Part shown: piece by piece, positions 34,917 to 44,848 of the stretch
How positions within the stretch are numbered: position 1 is the stretch's first letter
Layout: each line of letters starts with the position of its first letter
Virus record (IMG/VR): IMGVR_UViG_3300034815_000027
Location: 1-54,389 of that record
DNA: 54,389 nt
Direction: 5' to 3' (one strand)
From: a virus
Taxonomy: Duplodnaviria; Caudoviricetes
Notes under the pieces: model-generated
Database searches by the model: none
Told to the model about the DNA's origin: nothing
Seen by the model: the letters and a program-made list of their open reading frames with translations, nothing else
Made by a program: the position numbers and the translations under genes

Positions 34917-36161
34917 TCAGTGCTCCTTCTTGGTCTGTGCGTAGGCCGCGCGAAGCGCGTCCATTGGCGTGTCGTGGGTGCCGCTGGTCGTGTCGTTGAT
35001 GTGCTCCGCCGAGGCGTCGAAGCCGACCTCGGTGGTCAGCGAGGCGAGTGCCTCGATGGTTTGCTTGGTGCCCTCGAAGTCGGCACGCAGGTGCGCCTCG
35101 AAGTGGCCGCGACGCGACTCGGCGAACTTGCCGGCGCGGATCGCCGCGTCGAGCACCTCGCTGATGGCGTTTTCGTGGGCGCGGGCTTCCGCGTCACGTC
35201 CGGCGGCAGCCTGACGCTGCAGCTCGGCGAAGGTGGACTTGTCGAGCACCACCGTCTCGTCTGCTGCGGCCGGCTCGTCTGCAACCTCGGGAGCGGTCGC
35301 GGGAGTCGCCTGCGCGTCCTCGAGCGCGTCCGGTGCGGTCGCGTTGATGTCGTCGCTCATGGCGACTCCTTCCTGATGGTCACCCGTCGCGGATGCGTCG
35401 GGAGTTTCGTGGGCCGCTGCTGCACGCTGCGCGCGGGTAGCGGCGCGCAGGAACTCGGTGGCCGATGCCACGATCGGATCGGGCGTCGGCGGGATGACGA
35501 TGCTTTCGGCGTTGGCGCTCACGCCCTGGTCGGCGATGACGGCGACACGATCGGCGAGGCCGAAATCGACTGCCTCACCGTCGGCCAGCCAGGTCTCAGC
35601 AGCGAGGATCGCTGCCCAGTCCTTCTCGCCGGCCTTGTCGCGGTACACGCTCACGATGGAGCGTTCGATGCTGTCCAGGACTTCGGCGTCCTTGCGGAGG
35701 TCCGCCGAACTGCCGATGGAGAACGTCCACGGCGAGTGGATCATGAGCATGGACCCCGGCGACATCACACACTCATCGAGCCCGGAGGTGATGATGGAGG
35801 CGGCGGATGCTGCCAGTCCGTCAACCACGGCGGTCATGGATGCCTTGTGTGCGCGTAGCGCGTTCAAGATGGCCAGGCCCTCGAACACTTCACCGCCGGG
35901 TGAGTTGACGCGGACGATCACCTGCGTGACGTCGGCGCTCAGCTTGTCGAGCACGTCGGTGACGTCTTGCGCGGACACGCCCCACAGCCCGCCCCATGAG
36001 TCGACCGGCCCGTAGATGCGCAGCGTCGCGATGCTGCCGTCGCCGCCCGTGTTCGGGGTGGTGACGAGCCCGAAGAAATCGGTCTTCGCCTTCGGCATTT
36101 CGCGGTCACCCCAATAGCGGCGCTCCGCGCGCTGGGCGTTGGCCTTATTCAAGATCGCCAT
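34917..36161 (-). CDS. ClpP-like head maturation protease fused to a scaffold
   Basis: VRVNSPGGEVFEG, DGLAASAAS, MIH, ETWL...EAV..GLAD, acidic/helical C-terminus. Confidence 0.92.
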   Translation of the reverse strand: MAILNKANAQRAERRYWGDREMPKAKTDFFGLVTTPNTGGDGSIATLRIYGPVDSWGGLWGVSAQDVTDVLDKLSADVTQVIVRVNSPGGEVFEGLAILNALRAHKASMTAVVDGLAASAASIITSGLDECVMSPGSMLMIHSPWTFSIGSSADLRKDAEVLDSIERSIVSVYRDKAGEKDWAAILAAETWLADGEAVDFGLADRVAVIADQGVSANAESIVIPPTPDPIVASATEFLRAATRAQRAAAAHETPDASATGDHQEGVAMSDDINATAPDALEDAQATPATAPEVADEPAAADETVVLDKSTFAELQRQAAAGRDAEARAHENAISEVLDAAIRAGKFAESRRGHFEAHLRADFEGTKQTIEALASLTTEVGFDASAEHINDTTSGTHDTPMDALRAAYAQTKKEH

Positions 36162-36170
36162 CGATGCTCC

Positions 36171-37451
36171 TCAGACGGTTGGCGGTGCAGTGGCAGCGAC
36201 GGAGTCCGCGCCGTAGTTGACGGGCGCCGCAGTGATGGGCGCGAACACCAGCCGCGGGGACGGTTCGGTCGGCCCGTAGTTGATGTCTACGAGGTCTTCA
36301 ATGATGTGCTTGGTGGCGGTGTCGCGGATGTTCTCTGCGACAACTTCGACGGCCAGGTTCTTCACCTGCTCGAGCGTCGTGCCCAGCGCCCACGAGCCGG
36401 TGCCTGCGGACTGGCCAAGGTTGAGCACGTTGGCGAGGACCGACTTCAGGATCGACTCGTCGTGGTAGCGGATCACCGGCAGGATCTGCGGCAGCGTGCC
36501 AGTGACGCCGAGGATCTCGAGCTTCGCGTCCTTGGGCACGGCGACGCCGGAGTTGTCGCCGGCACGCAGTGCCGAGGTGATGTCGAGGCCCGCCTGCAGC
36601 TGTGCGGCCGAGCCGTCGGGTGCGGTGTAGGTGGGGATGCCGAGGCCGTTGCGTTCGATGACCTGGTCCTGGACGCGAAGTTCGCGGTCCTTGAGTAGCC
36701 AGTTCTTGTAGGCGCTGCGCAGTGCTGATCGGCCCTGCCAGTTGCCGCCGCGCTTGCGGTGCACGTAGGCGACGAGTCGATCGACTTTGAGCTCTGGCCC
36801 ATTGTTCGCGCCGAAGCCGATGACGGCGGCGCCGCCGTACTCGGGTGACTTCTGCGTGATGGAGATGAGCCCACCGTCAGCCGCAACGTTGAACGCGGCG
36901 ATGGTGCGCGCCGGTCGGTAGCCGAGCTTGCGCAGATGGAACAGCCCGTCGCCGCCGGTCTCGGCAGGAACGATCGGGTAGTAGATCTGCTCGAAGATCG
37001 CATGCCCGTACACGAGGTGATCGACGACCGCCGTCTCCAGGTGTTCGGTCCATGAGAAGCGGCCGCGGGTGCGGTTGGCGGCGACGTCGTCCATGCGGGC
37101 GAAGCGGTCGAGGATGGTGTCGCCCTCGACCTTGTCCGGCAGCACCGGCAGCCCGAGATCGTTCGCGACGTGCGCCACCACGGCCGGATCGCAGCCGAGC
37201 CCATCGATCGCCCACGTGGTGCGCAGGATCGGAGACGTGATGGCGGCCAGTGCGGACTCGACCTGCGTGTCCGTGCTCGCCATGCGCTCGAACACGCCGA
37301 CGCTGTTGGGCCAGCGCAGCTCCGGGGTTTCCTCGCCGGCGAGGTCGGTCCACCACTGCTGCGGGGTGGCCGCAATGGTGTAGCCCTTCTCGCTGCGAGC
37401 GGCAGACGAAGGAACGAAGACCTTCGCGTCTCCGGTGTTGGGTGTCGGCAT
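36171..37451 (-). CDS. Portal protein (Mu gp29/DUF935-like)
   Basis: YGH..FE..Y, G.S.LR..Y..W..K, ER.G.G.P, GS.ALG, L..INYG. Confidence 0.88.
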   Translation of the reverse strand: MPTPNTGDAKVFVPSSAARSEKGYTIAATPQQWWTDLAGEETPELRWPNSVGVFERMASTDTQVESALAAITSPILRTTWAIDGLGCDPAVVAHVANDLGLPVLPDKVEGDTILDRFARMDDVAANRTRGRFSWTEHLETAVVDHLVYGHAIFEQIYYPIVPAETGGDGLFHLRKLGYRPARTIAAFNVAADGGLISITQKSPEYGGAAVIGFGANNGPELKVDRLVAYVHRKRGGNWQGRSALRSAYKNWLLKDRELRVQDQVIERNGLGIPTYTAPDGSAAQLQAGLDITSALRAGDNSGVAVPKDAKLEILGVTGTLPQILPVIRYHDESILKSVLANVLNLGQSAGTGSWALGTTLEQVKNLAVEVVAENIRDTATKHIIEDLVDINYGPTEPSPRLVFAPITAAPVNYGADSVAATAPPTV

Positions 37452-37466
37452 TGGTCCTCCTTCCGG

Positions 37467-39080
37467 CTAGAACTTCGCGGCGCGTACGTCGAAATGCGGG
37501 GCGTTCGCTGCAGGGACTCGCCCAGCACCTGACGTCACCGCCGGCAGCGCCGCAGGCTCCACCGGCTTCGACGCCTGGTCGAGCATGTAGGCCGCCCACG
37601 TGAGGGCGATGACGGCTGTGGAGTCGTCTTCGGTGGTGCGCTTCCAGGTGCGTGCGCCACTCACGTCGCGCGTATCTGCGGCCGCGAACGAGGCCAGCAG
37701 CAGGTCGTTCTTCAGCAGTCGCAGCGTTGGTGTGTCGGTGGCCAGCGCATCGAACATGGCGCCCCAGGCGGCGCCGATGTCCTTGTAGGTGAGGAACACC
37801 ATCGGAACGCCGGCATCCCGTAGCGGTGCCACCAGCGAGCTCGCCGGAGACTGCGGGTCGATGAGGACGCCGAAGGTCTCGTGCTCGCGGGTGAGTCGCT
37901 GCAGCTCGGGGACGACCCACGCGGTGCCGACCTCGGCCGCCTGCAGCCAGCCGACCTTCGTGCCGTCGGCGGTGCGGCCGGCGGCACTGATGGAGGCCGA
38001 CTGTCGGTTCCAGTGAACTTCGAGGGCGAGCATCACCGGGCCGGTGACGTCGACGTCGCCTGCGAGGTTGGCTTCCTCCACTCGGCGGCGTGGGATGACC
38101 CACTCCTCGCCCTCTTCGCGCGGGTACTGCCCGACGCCGAGGCGTTCGGCGGCGAAGTAGGTGGGGTCGATGGCGGCACCCATGGATCGGTACTCGGCCT
38201 CGATGGCTTCGGGCGTCATGAGGATCCCGAGCATCGGGTTGGTCTTCGCCCACGTACGCGGACTTGCCGCGTCGTCGACGTCGAGGTCTGCAGCCCAGCG
38301 GTAGCCGAGCATCCGCTTGTCCTGCGGAGCCTCACCGCGTCCGCGCAGTTCGAGCTCGAGGAGCACTCGCTTGACGAGACGCGCCAGGACGATCGAGGAC
38401 TTGTAGCCCGCGGATCCCATGAAGATGACCTGCGGGTCGCCGATCTTGGATCTACCTGTGATGAGCGGCAGGACCGAGGCGACGTGCTCGTCGCGTGCGT
38501 CTTGCACCTCATCGACGATGAGGCAGTCGGCTTCGAGTGAGCGTGCGTTGCCGGCGGTGCGGGTGACGAAGCGCAGCACCTGAGACGGTTCGTTTCCGTA
38601 GGAGCGGAACTCGATGGACTCGCGGGCGACGGCCGCGCGGACGATCTTGACCTCGCGCTTGAGTTCGGGATCGGAATCGATCATGTCGTCGATGCGGCGG
38701 AACGCCTCCGTCGATGCTGCGCCGCGGTGCGCGGAGTACACGATGCGACGCTCGCGAAAGACGTAGATCCCTGCGAGGCAGCGGGCCTCAGCGACGACGC
38801 TCTTGCCGTTGCGTCGAGAGAGCTCGAGCAGCACCTCGAGTGCCGACCACTTCGTCGAGCCGTCGGGCAGCACACGGCGTGACAGCATGTCGGTGAGGTG
38901 CAGGATCTGCCACTCCGCCAGCTGCAGCCCCACGCAGTCGAAGATGTCGATGGCGGCCTGGATGTCGGAGTAGGCGACGTCGACCGGACGCAGGAGGTGC
39001 GTCGGGGTCTGCGACCCGCGAAGGTCAGCCCACGGATCCAGCGGCGTCACGTGCCCGTTCCTCTCGTTCGCGACGTGCAC
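37467..39080 (-). CDS. terL: Terminase large subunit
   Basis: Walker A SRRNGKS, YSAH, Walker B LIVDEVQ, W...NP.LG, ERLG. Confidence 0.92.
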   Translation of the reverse strand: MHVANERNGHVTPLDPWADLRGSQTPTHLLRPVDVAYSDIQAAIDIFDCVGLQLAEWQILHLTDMLSRRVLPDGSTKWSALEVLLELSRRNGKSVVAEARCLAGIYVFRERRIVYSAHRGAASTEAFRRIDDMIDSDPELKREVKIVRAAVARESIEFRSYGNEPSQVLRFVTRTAGNARSLEADCLIVDEVQDARDEHVASVLPLITGRSKIGDPQVIFMGSAGYKSSIVLARLVKRVLLELELRGRGEAPQDKRMLGYRWAADLDVDDAASPRTWAKTNPMLGILMTPEAIEAEYRSMGAAIDPTYFAAERLGVGQYPREEGEEWVIPRRRVEEANLAGDVDVTGPVMLALEVHWNRQSASISAAGRTADGTKVGWLQAAEVGTAWVVPELQRLTREHETFGVLIDPQSPASSLVAPLRDAGVPMVFLTYKDIGAAWGAMFDALATDTPTLRLLKNDLLLASFAAADTRDVSGARTWKRTTEDDSTAVIALTWAAYMLDQASKPVEPAALPAVTSGAGRVPAANAPHFDVRAAKF

Positions 39081-39510
39081 GTGCGACGCGGGACTCGGGG
39101 ATCACGTTCGTCGATGCTGCCGGCGCTTCAGCCTCCGGCCTCGCCGCGGGGACGTGCTGCACGATCGCGGTCTTGCCCCAGCGATCGGGGTTCAAGCGCT
39201 CGAGCAGCCACTTGCTGGCTTGCCACTCCTCGCCGCGCGTGGCAACCACGGTGAGTGCGCGCAGCTCGGCTTCGGCGCTCGCCTGGTCGATGCGTGCCGC
39301 CATAGCTTTGTCGGCCTCGAGGAATGGAGCCAGGGCAGCGACGCCATAGGCCTGGGCGGCGCGATCGCGTTCCATGCCCATCGCCACTGCTCGCACGATG
39401 CTGTCTGCGGTCTGTGCCGGCAACTTCGGCGGCTTCGGTCGCGGCGTGCGCTTGGCCGTCGTGCGCTTCTTCGCCGGCGGTTTCGCAGGCGTTGCGCGAG
39501 GCACGGTCAC
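39025..39510 (-). CDS. Terminase small subunit (putative)
   Basis: WQA..W.LER..P..WG, directly upstream of terL. GTGA overlap at 39507-39510. Confidence 0.65.
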   Translation of the reverse strand: MTVPRATPAKPPAKKRTTAKRTPRPKPPKLPAQTADSIVRAVAMGMERDRAAQAYGVAALAPFLEADKAMAARIDQASAEAELRALTVVATRGEEWQASKWLLERLNPDRWGKTAIVQHVPAARPEAEAPAASTNVIPESRVARARREREERARDAAGSVG

Positions 39511-39797
39511 CAGCCTCTCGGTCGGCGAGGACCGAGGCGCCGGGCGTTGCCAATCTCGGCGCCAGCTGAGCGATTGCATGAGCGGTGCTCGATGCGATCG
39601 CCCTTCGCGTTGGGATCGGTGATGAGATCGACGCTGTGTCCGAGGTCAAGGTCTTGGGCCTCAAGCATCGGTTCACCGCAGCGAGGACACGGCATCGGGC
39701 GTCCCGCTCGGGCTTCCCCCACCACCTGCTGCAGCAGCTGCGTGCGTCGACGCTGATGCGCCGAATCGCCACCTCGAGGACGCGCGGGAGACGGCAT
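39507..39797 (-). CDS. Packaging-associated HNH protein
   Basis: H...R, CPRCG, DLGH...EH..CNR.AG, next to the terminase genes. Confidence 0.8.
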   Translation of the reverse strand: MPSPARPRGGDSAHQRRRTQLLQQVVGEARAGRPMPCPRCGEPMLEAQDLDLGHSVDLITDPNAKGDRIEHRSCNRSAGAEIGNARRLGPRRPRGW

Positions 39798-39937
39798 AAC
39801 GAGCCTCCGCGATTCCTCGATGACGGGCCGACGCGCCGAAAGTCTCGCAACGTGTGTGAAAAGCGTGGGAGCGGGCGGACGCTGGACCGCATCGGCGTGT
39901 CCCAGTTTTTCCTGATGGCCAGTGGCTCATGCATGAC

Positions 39938-39967
39938 AAAAGCCCCGGTGCGGGGGCATCGGGGCTT
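39938..39967 (-). terminator. Intrinsic terminator between early and late regions
   Basis: Minus strand aagccccgatgc / gcaccggggctttt. Confidence 0.65.
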
Positions 39968-40024
39968 CGTATGGGGCACCGGGCATGGTGCTCCGCCAGA
40001 AATGTTACAACGCGTTTGCCGTGT

Positions 40025-40969
40025 TCATGCAACCTTCAGATCGGCGTGTCGCTCGCAGCGTTCGGCTCCGCCTCGGTCGATGCATACGGCGCAGAAGACC
40101 TTCACCGTGCGCACGTGATCGATGAGTTGTCGCCTGCGCCCCCAGTGCTGCCGATGTGCCAGGAGACGGGCGTTGCCTTCGCTGGTGCCCAGGCGCATGG
40201 CAGCCTGGGCGAGGTTGAGCCAGTCGGAGTTGACGCTGAAGACCACGGCCACAGCCAGGCGATACTCGGCGCTGGTGGCTTCGTGATGGCAGTAGGAGCA
40301 GATCCACGTGTCGCGGGCTTGGGCGTCGTGCGGCTGCTCGCCGTGTCGGGCGTCGGCCCAGTGCTTGACGTAGATGCCGCGCTCGCAGCGCAGACAGGGT
40401 GCTCCGGTGTCGCGTTGCTCCCCGTCCTTGAGGATGCCTTCGAGGTAGTGACGCGAGTGCGTGAGCTGCGTCGCCAGTTCGGCAAAGGGCAGTGCGAGGT
40501 CGTCGGCGATACGGTCGAGGTTGCCTTGCAGGTAGTCCAGTTCGTCGGCCAGGCGCACGCGGCCATGGGGTTCGCTGACGTCCCACTGTTCGCGGATGAG
40601 GCGCGCCCAGGAGTGCGCCACCCACAGCGGGTGACGGGCGTCGACGGTCTCGTAGGTGGCGCACGGATCGCCAACGGGGCCCAGCGCGTTCATGGCCTCG
40701 GAGTCCAGGCCATCAGCCTGTGCCTGGTCGCGCAGGCGGTCGGCGTCGGCGAGGACGGCCAGTGCGTCGAGATCGAGGCGTACGCCGTGGCGGCAGGCGA
40801 GGCACACGCTGTCGTGATGCGTGACGCCGCAGGCCAGGCAGTGCGCTGCCTCGCATGGTTGGCAGCCACGGCAGGCGTTGTCGGGGCACTGCTGGAGGTG
40901 CTGGTGCTTGAGCGAGCGGGGCTGGGTGTGGCCCTTCCAGATGCAGGCCGGGTACTCGATGAGGGTCAT
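40025..40969 (-). CDS. Cys-rich hypothetical protein (possible late regulator)
   Basis: Several CxxC pairs and an HTH-like C-terminal part. Last early gene. Confidence 0.6.
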   Translation of the reverse strand: MTLIEYPACIWKGHTQPRSLKHQHLQQCPDNACRGCQPCEAAHCLACGVTHHDSVCLACRHGVRLDLDALAVLADADRLRDQAQADGLDSEAMNALGPVGDPCATYETVDARHPLWVAHSWARLIREQWDVSEPHGRVRLADELDYLQGNLDRIADDLALPFAELATQLTHSRHYLEGILKDGEQRDTGAPCLRCERGIYVKHWADARHGEQPHDAQARDTWICSYCHHEATSAEYRLAVAVVFSVNSDWLNLAQAAMRLGTSEGNARLLAHRQHWGRRRQLIDHVRTVKVFCAVCIDRGGAERCERHADLKVA

Positions 40970-40979
40970 GGCGTCTCTC

Positions 40980-41459
40980 TCAGAAGGGCGGTGGGCAGGT
41001 GCAGGGGTTGGGATGGCAGGGGCACGGCAGTGCGGCAGTGAAGGCGCTGAGGAGCGTCTCGGCCGCGCTCAGGGGACGGTCGTGGCAGAGGTGGCTGCGG
41101 AGTACGTCCTGGCGTGGACTGCCTGCAGGGCTGCCTGCGATGCGGCCGGCGTCACGTCGTTCGAGCTCGTAGCGGGCCAAGCGCACGAGGGCGTAGGTCT
41201 GTCCCTGAAAGCGCTGCGGCGGACGCAGGTAGGCAAGGGCTTCGCCGAGCGGGGACAGGGCGATGGGATCGCAGATGGCGTCGGTGGCGGCCCAGTCGGC
41301 GTCGAGTCCGCGCACGGTCCATGCGCCGCATTTGGGGCAGCGGTGAGGATGGGCGCGACGCGTGATGCCCTGGCCGTAGCCGAGGTCGTCGATGGCGCGC
41401 TTGGCTGCCTGCGTGAGTGTGGACTGGGTGCCGCTGGCGAGGATCTCGAGGATGGTCAT
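40980..41459 (-). CDS. Hypothetical zinc-binding protein
   Basis: CPKCG...GLD...DP..L...GE..A, H.C. Confidence 0.65.
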   Translation of the reverse strand: MTILEILASGTQSTLTQAAKRAIDDLGYGQGITRRAHPHRCPKCGAWTVRGLDADWAATDAICDPIALSPLGEALAYLRPPQRFQGQTYALVRLARYELERRDAGRIAGSPAGSPRQDVLRSHLCHDRPLSAAETLLSAFTAALPCPCHPNPCTCPPPF

Positions 41460-41460
41460 C

Positions 41461-41675
41461 GGGTGCCCCAGGTGCCTGACGGTGCCTCTGATTCGACATA
41501 AGCGCTTCGTATGTGTGTGCGCGATTGAGGGGATGTATACCTAGAGGCACCCTGAGGCACCCGAGTGCTAGACCGATCGCTGTCTGCGGCGCTCACAGCA
41601 AGGCGCGCGCGCGTAGCGCTGAACGCCGAACATGAGACACCCAGAGGCACCCAACGGGTGCCCCATGAGGCACCC
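41461..41675. repeat. Iteron-like GAGGCACCC repeats, putative replication origin
   Basis: Direct copies at 41544, 41554, 41634 (variant), 41644 and 41667. Inverted GGTGCC copies near 41461, 41471, 41481 and 41656. Confidence 0.75.
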
Positions 41676-41676
41676 G

Positions 41677-44121
41677 TCATTGCCCCCACCTCGTCGCCTC
41701 GTCTGCTTCGTCGGTGCCTGACAGGGTGAGGTTGGTGAGGAAGCGCAGCCCATGGGAGCGCGTGGAGCCGATCGGATAGCGGCCGCGCAGGCCACTGAGC
41801 AGCGTCTTGGCAGTGACCGGAGTCTCGCCTTCGGACCGGCACCATGCCTCGTACGCGCTCGTTACGGCGACGCTCTTGACCTTCACGTGCTCGCCGCCGC
41901 CGATGATGCACACGTCCTCGACGAAGCGCGCCACGGTGTCGGTGTCGCGCTCGTAGTCGTTGGTCGCGGCATGGACGCGGGAGGGCTCGGCAAGGCCAGT
42001 GGCGGCGTACTGGGCGGCTCCCTCGGCTATCCACGCGAGGATGGCGGGACCGTGATCGGCGACCAGGCGATCCTTCAGCGTGCCGTCGCGTTGCTCCTTG
42101 GGGATCTGGTGATCGAAGGGCACTTCGCGGATGCGTCGCCAGAAAGCCGACCCGCCGGCAGTGACTTCGGGTCGATGGTTGGACATGAGGAACACGGTGT
42201 GCGAGGGGGTGAAGTGGAAGAAGTCCTGACGCATGAAGCGGGCCTTGAGTCGGTCGCCTCCGGTGAGGAGTTTCACCTTGCCCTCGTCGAAGCGTTCGCC
42301 GGTGTTGGTCTCGGAGCTCACGACCATGCGTACGCCCGCGAGGTCGGCGATCTCGGTGTCGTGCTTCGGTGCTCCGGCCAGGAGGAAGCCCTTGGGTGCG
42401 GGTGCTGCGTAGTCGCCGAGGATGGCCATGACGGTGTCGAGCAGCACGGTCTTGCCGTTGGCTCCGGTGGCCCCGTAGAAGACGGGCAGGATGTTTTCCA
42501 GCACCACGCCGAGTGCCGCGTAGCCCAGGAGCCGCTGCATCCAGCCGATGAGTTCGGCGTCGCCTTGGAAGGTGGTGTCGAGGAACGCCAGCCAGGCGCT
42601 GCGGTCGGCAGTGAAGTCTGGCGCGCATCGGGTGATGCGGGTGTGCAGCTTCGCGGGGTCGGCGGGCTGCAGGGTGCCGGTGCGCAGGTCGATGATGCCG
42701 CCGGGGGTGTTGAGCTCCCACGGGTGGGCGTCGAGTGCCTCGGTGTTGACGGTGATGCGATGGTCGGTGCTCGCCTGCGTGAGGCACGCCGATGTCCCAG
42801 CGGCGGACAGGCAGCGTCGCTTGTGCGTGAGCCATTGCTTATCATCGGGGTAGGTACGGGCGACGAACTTCGCGTACTCGCGCACGATCCCGCCGCCGGC
42901 AGATTGCTTGCGCCAGCGCCAGCCGTCCCAGTGCAGCCACTTGCCGCTGTCTTCCCAGTAGCGGATGGTGTCGCCGAACTCGGCGATGAGGTGTTGGGCG
43001 TGCCCGTCCTCGCTCATGGCGAGCGTGCTCGTCGGAGCGTCCGCGCTGTCATGCGCTCGCGTCTCTGGCAGCGTCTCGGTCACGGTCTGGCCTTCTGGTA
43101 CGTGCGTCACCGCTGCGACGCTCTGCGTGGCGCTGTGCGTCTCGACGGCGATGGTCGGCTGCGTCCCGTACCCGGCCGCCGACAGTGCCTTGGCAGCTGC
43201 CGTGTAGTCGCCGTGGTGCTCCAGCAGCGCGTGCACCGCGAACTTGCTGTAGGGACGCTCGGGCTCGAACTCGGTGCTCGAGGAGAACACGTAGAGGCGG
43301 TCGACGCCGTCGGCGGCCTGCCCGGTGGTGGCGCTGATGCCGGGGTCGGTCTTGCCCGGCCTCCGCCAGGCGTAGCCGTTGCCCATGCGTCGAGCCACTG
43401 TCCAGCCGTGGGGTCCGAGGATGTCTTCCCACTTCGCCTTCGCGTTGAAGTCGTCGCCCGGTCGCGTGCCGGCGGTGGCGCTGGTGAAGAGGCCGTCGCC
43501 ACCGGTCTCGTGGAGCGGCTCCTCGGGCACGTACTCATCGAGCATGTGCACGAGTGCGGCCAGCGCATCGCGGTCATCGATGCTGAGGGTGGCGAGGCTG
43601 CTTGGACTGCCGGCACGGACCTGCCAGGGTCGGCCGGTGGCGTGCGTGGCGTCGCCCGACGGGGCAAGGATGAAGTAGCCACCCTCGCCCCTGGTCTCGG
43701 CGAGCACGGTGCGCTTGTCGGCGCGTGCGAGCTTCTGATTGCCGGCCACGGGACCCGCGACGCGGTACACGAGGTGCAGTCCACCGCTCGGCGAGCTCTG
43801 CACGTACGACCCAAGGGCTGCCTCGATGACGTGGGTGAGGGCGTTGTCCTCGGCGTAGGTGTCAAGGCGATCGCTGGCTCCGGCGGCGACGGCGCGGCCT
43901 TCGAGCTCGATGAGTTCGAGATTGCCTGACACCGCCCCGCAGACGGCGGCCAGCGCGTGTTGATCGTGCGCGAACCAGGCGATGAGTTCGTCGAACGTCG
44001 GGAGCCTGGTCTGATACTCCTTCCACGACTTCAGCGCCGGCGCCTTGCTGCCGTCCTTGCGAATGGGGATGACGCTGACGCCGGCGTTGTGCCAGGCGAT
44101 CGCGGCCTGCAGAACGCTCAC
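41677..44121 (-). CDS. Bifunctional primase-polymerase fused to P4/D5-type SF3 helicase
   Basis: G.SVIP...K.P...WK.YQ, SPSGGLH, ETRGEGGY, G.GANGKT, K.LTGGD...AR, NH.P, WRR. Confidence 0.92.
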   Translation of the reverse strand: MSVLQAAIAWHNAGVSVIPIRKDGSKAPALKSWKEYQTRLPTFDELIAWFAHDQHALAAVCGAVSGNLELIELEGRAVAAGASDRLDTYAEDNALTHVIEAALGSYVQSSPSGGLHLVYRVAGPVAGNQKLARADKRTVLAETRGEGGYFILAPSGDATHATGRPWQVRAGSPSSLATLSIDDRDALAALVHMLDEYVPEEPLHETGGDGLFTSATAGTRPGDDFNAKAKWEDILGPHGWTVARRMGNGYAWRRPGKTDPGISATTGQAADGVDRLYVFSSSTEFEPERPYSKFAVHALLEHHGDYTAAAKALSAAGYGTQPTIAVETHSATQSVAAVTHVPEGQTVTETLPETRAHDSADAPTSTLAMSEDGHAQHLIAEFGDTIRYWEDSGKWLHWDGWRWRKQSAGGGIVREYAKFVARTYPDDKQWLTHKRRCLSAAGTSACLTQASTDHRITVNTEALDAHPWELNTPGGIIDLRTGTLQPADPAKLHTRITRCAPDFTADRSAWLAFLDTTFQGDAELIGWMQRLLGYAALGVVLENILPVFYGATGANGKTVLLDTVMAILGDYAAPAPKGFLLAGAPKHDTEIADLAGVRMVVSSETNTGERFDEGKVKLLTGGDRLKARFMRQDFFHFTPSHTVFLMSNHRPEVTAGGSAFWRRIREVPFDHQIPKEQRDGTLKDRLVADHGPAILAWIAEGAAQYAATGLAEPSRVHAATNDYERDTDTVARFVEDVCIIGGGEHVKVKSVAVTSAYEAWCRSEGETPVTAKTLLSGLRGRYPIGSTRSHGLRFLTNLTLSGTDEADEATRWGQ

Positions 44122-44387
44122 GCCGACTCACCGGGTCCATGTGTCGCGGCAACCTTGGTTCCTAGGATGGAGTCGCGCATCGCATTGCGGTAGCCGCTCT
44201 CGTACGCCTTCTCCCGCTCGTCCACGCGGGCCGCCGCCAATTGCTCGCAGATGCAGGGCGCACCACACGATGTGCAGAAGGTGCCTGGTTCGTTGCGGTG
44301 GTCGGAGGGGACATGCGCGAATTGATCGCAGGTCGTTCCGTCCGCGAGGAGGCAATACGGGTCATGGGTGGTCGGCTGCGCGCTCAT
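44118..44387 (-). CDS. Hypothetical Cys-rich protein
   Basis: HDP.C...CxxC...C.C, coupled ORF. Confidence 0.6.
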   Translation of the reverse strand: MSAQPTTHDPYCLLADGTTCDQFAHVPSDHRNEPGTFCTSCGAPCICEQLAAARVDEREKAYESGYRNAMRDSILGTKVAATHGPGESA

Positions 44388-44746
44388 TTCGCATCGTCCC
44401 CTGGAGTCCAGATGACGCGTGCGGTGCCGTGGGCGTTCAAGCCTCCCCAAGTAGCAGTGATGCCCCCGCCCACCCAGCCATGAGCTTCGCGCTGCCAGGC
44501 GTGGTCATATTCATCGAGGACGACGGTATGAATCGGCGGCTCCGGCGGCAGGGAGCGGCGTAGGACGGTGACGGCGGTGATGTTCCCGCGTGCGGATGTT
44601 CCGAAGGCCCAGCGCAGTTCGTCATCTGTGACGAGGATTCGATCGCCGTAGGTGTCACGGCCAAAGACGCCTTCCACGGCACCGTCCGCGTACTCCACGC
44701 GGATCTTGTCTCCGTCGTTCACGTTTGCGAATAGGTCCGCGGTCAT
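44384..44746 (-). CDS. Hypothetical protein, N-terminus homologous to 818-1069
   Basis: GGGGAGAGG RBS and the shared GDKIRV motif. Confidence 0.7.
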   Translation of the reverse strand: MTADLFANVNDGDKIRVEYADGAVEGVFGRDTYGDRILVTDDELRWAFGTSARGNITAVTVLRRSLPPEPPIHTVVLDEYDHAWQREAHGWVGGGITATWGGLNAHGTARVIWTPGDDAK

Positions 44747-44848
44747 GCCTCTCCCCTTGTCGTTGGTGTTGGTTGGTGCCACGCTCGGTCGCGAACCGGC
44801 GGCCCCTGTGGGCGGCGTGGCTGTCGATGCCTGTCCGGCAGGCATCGG

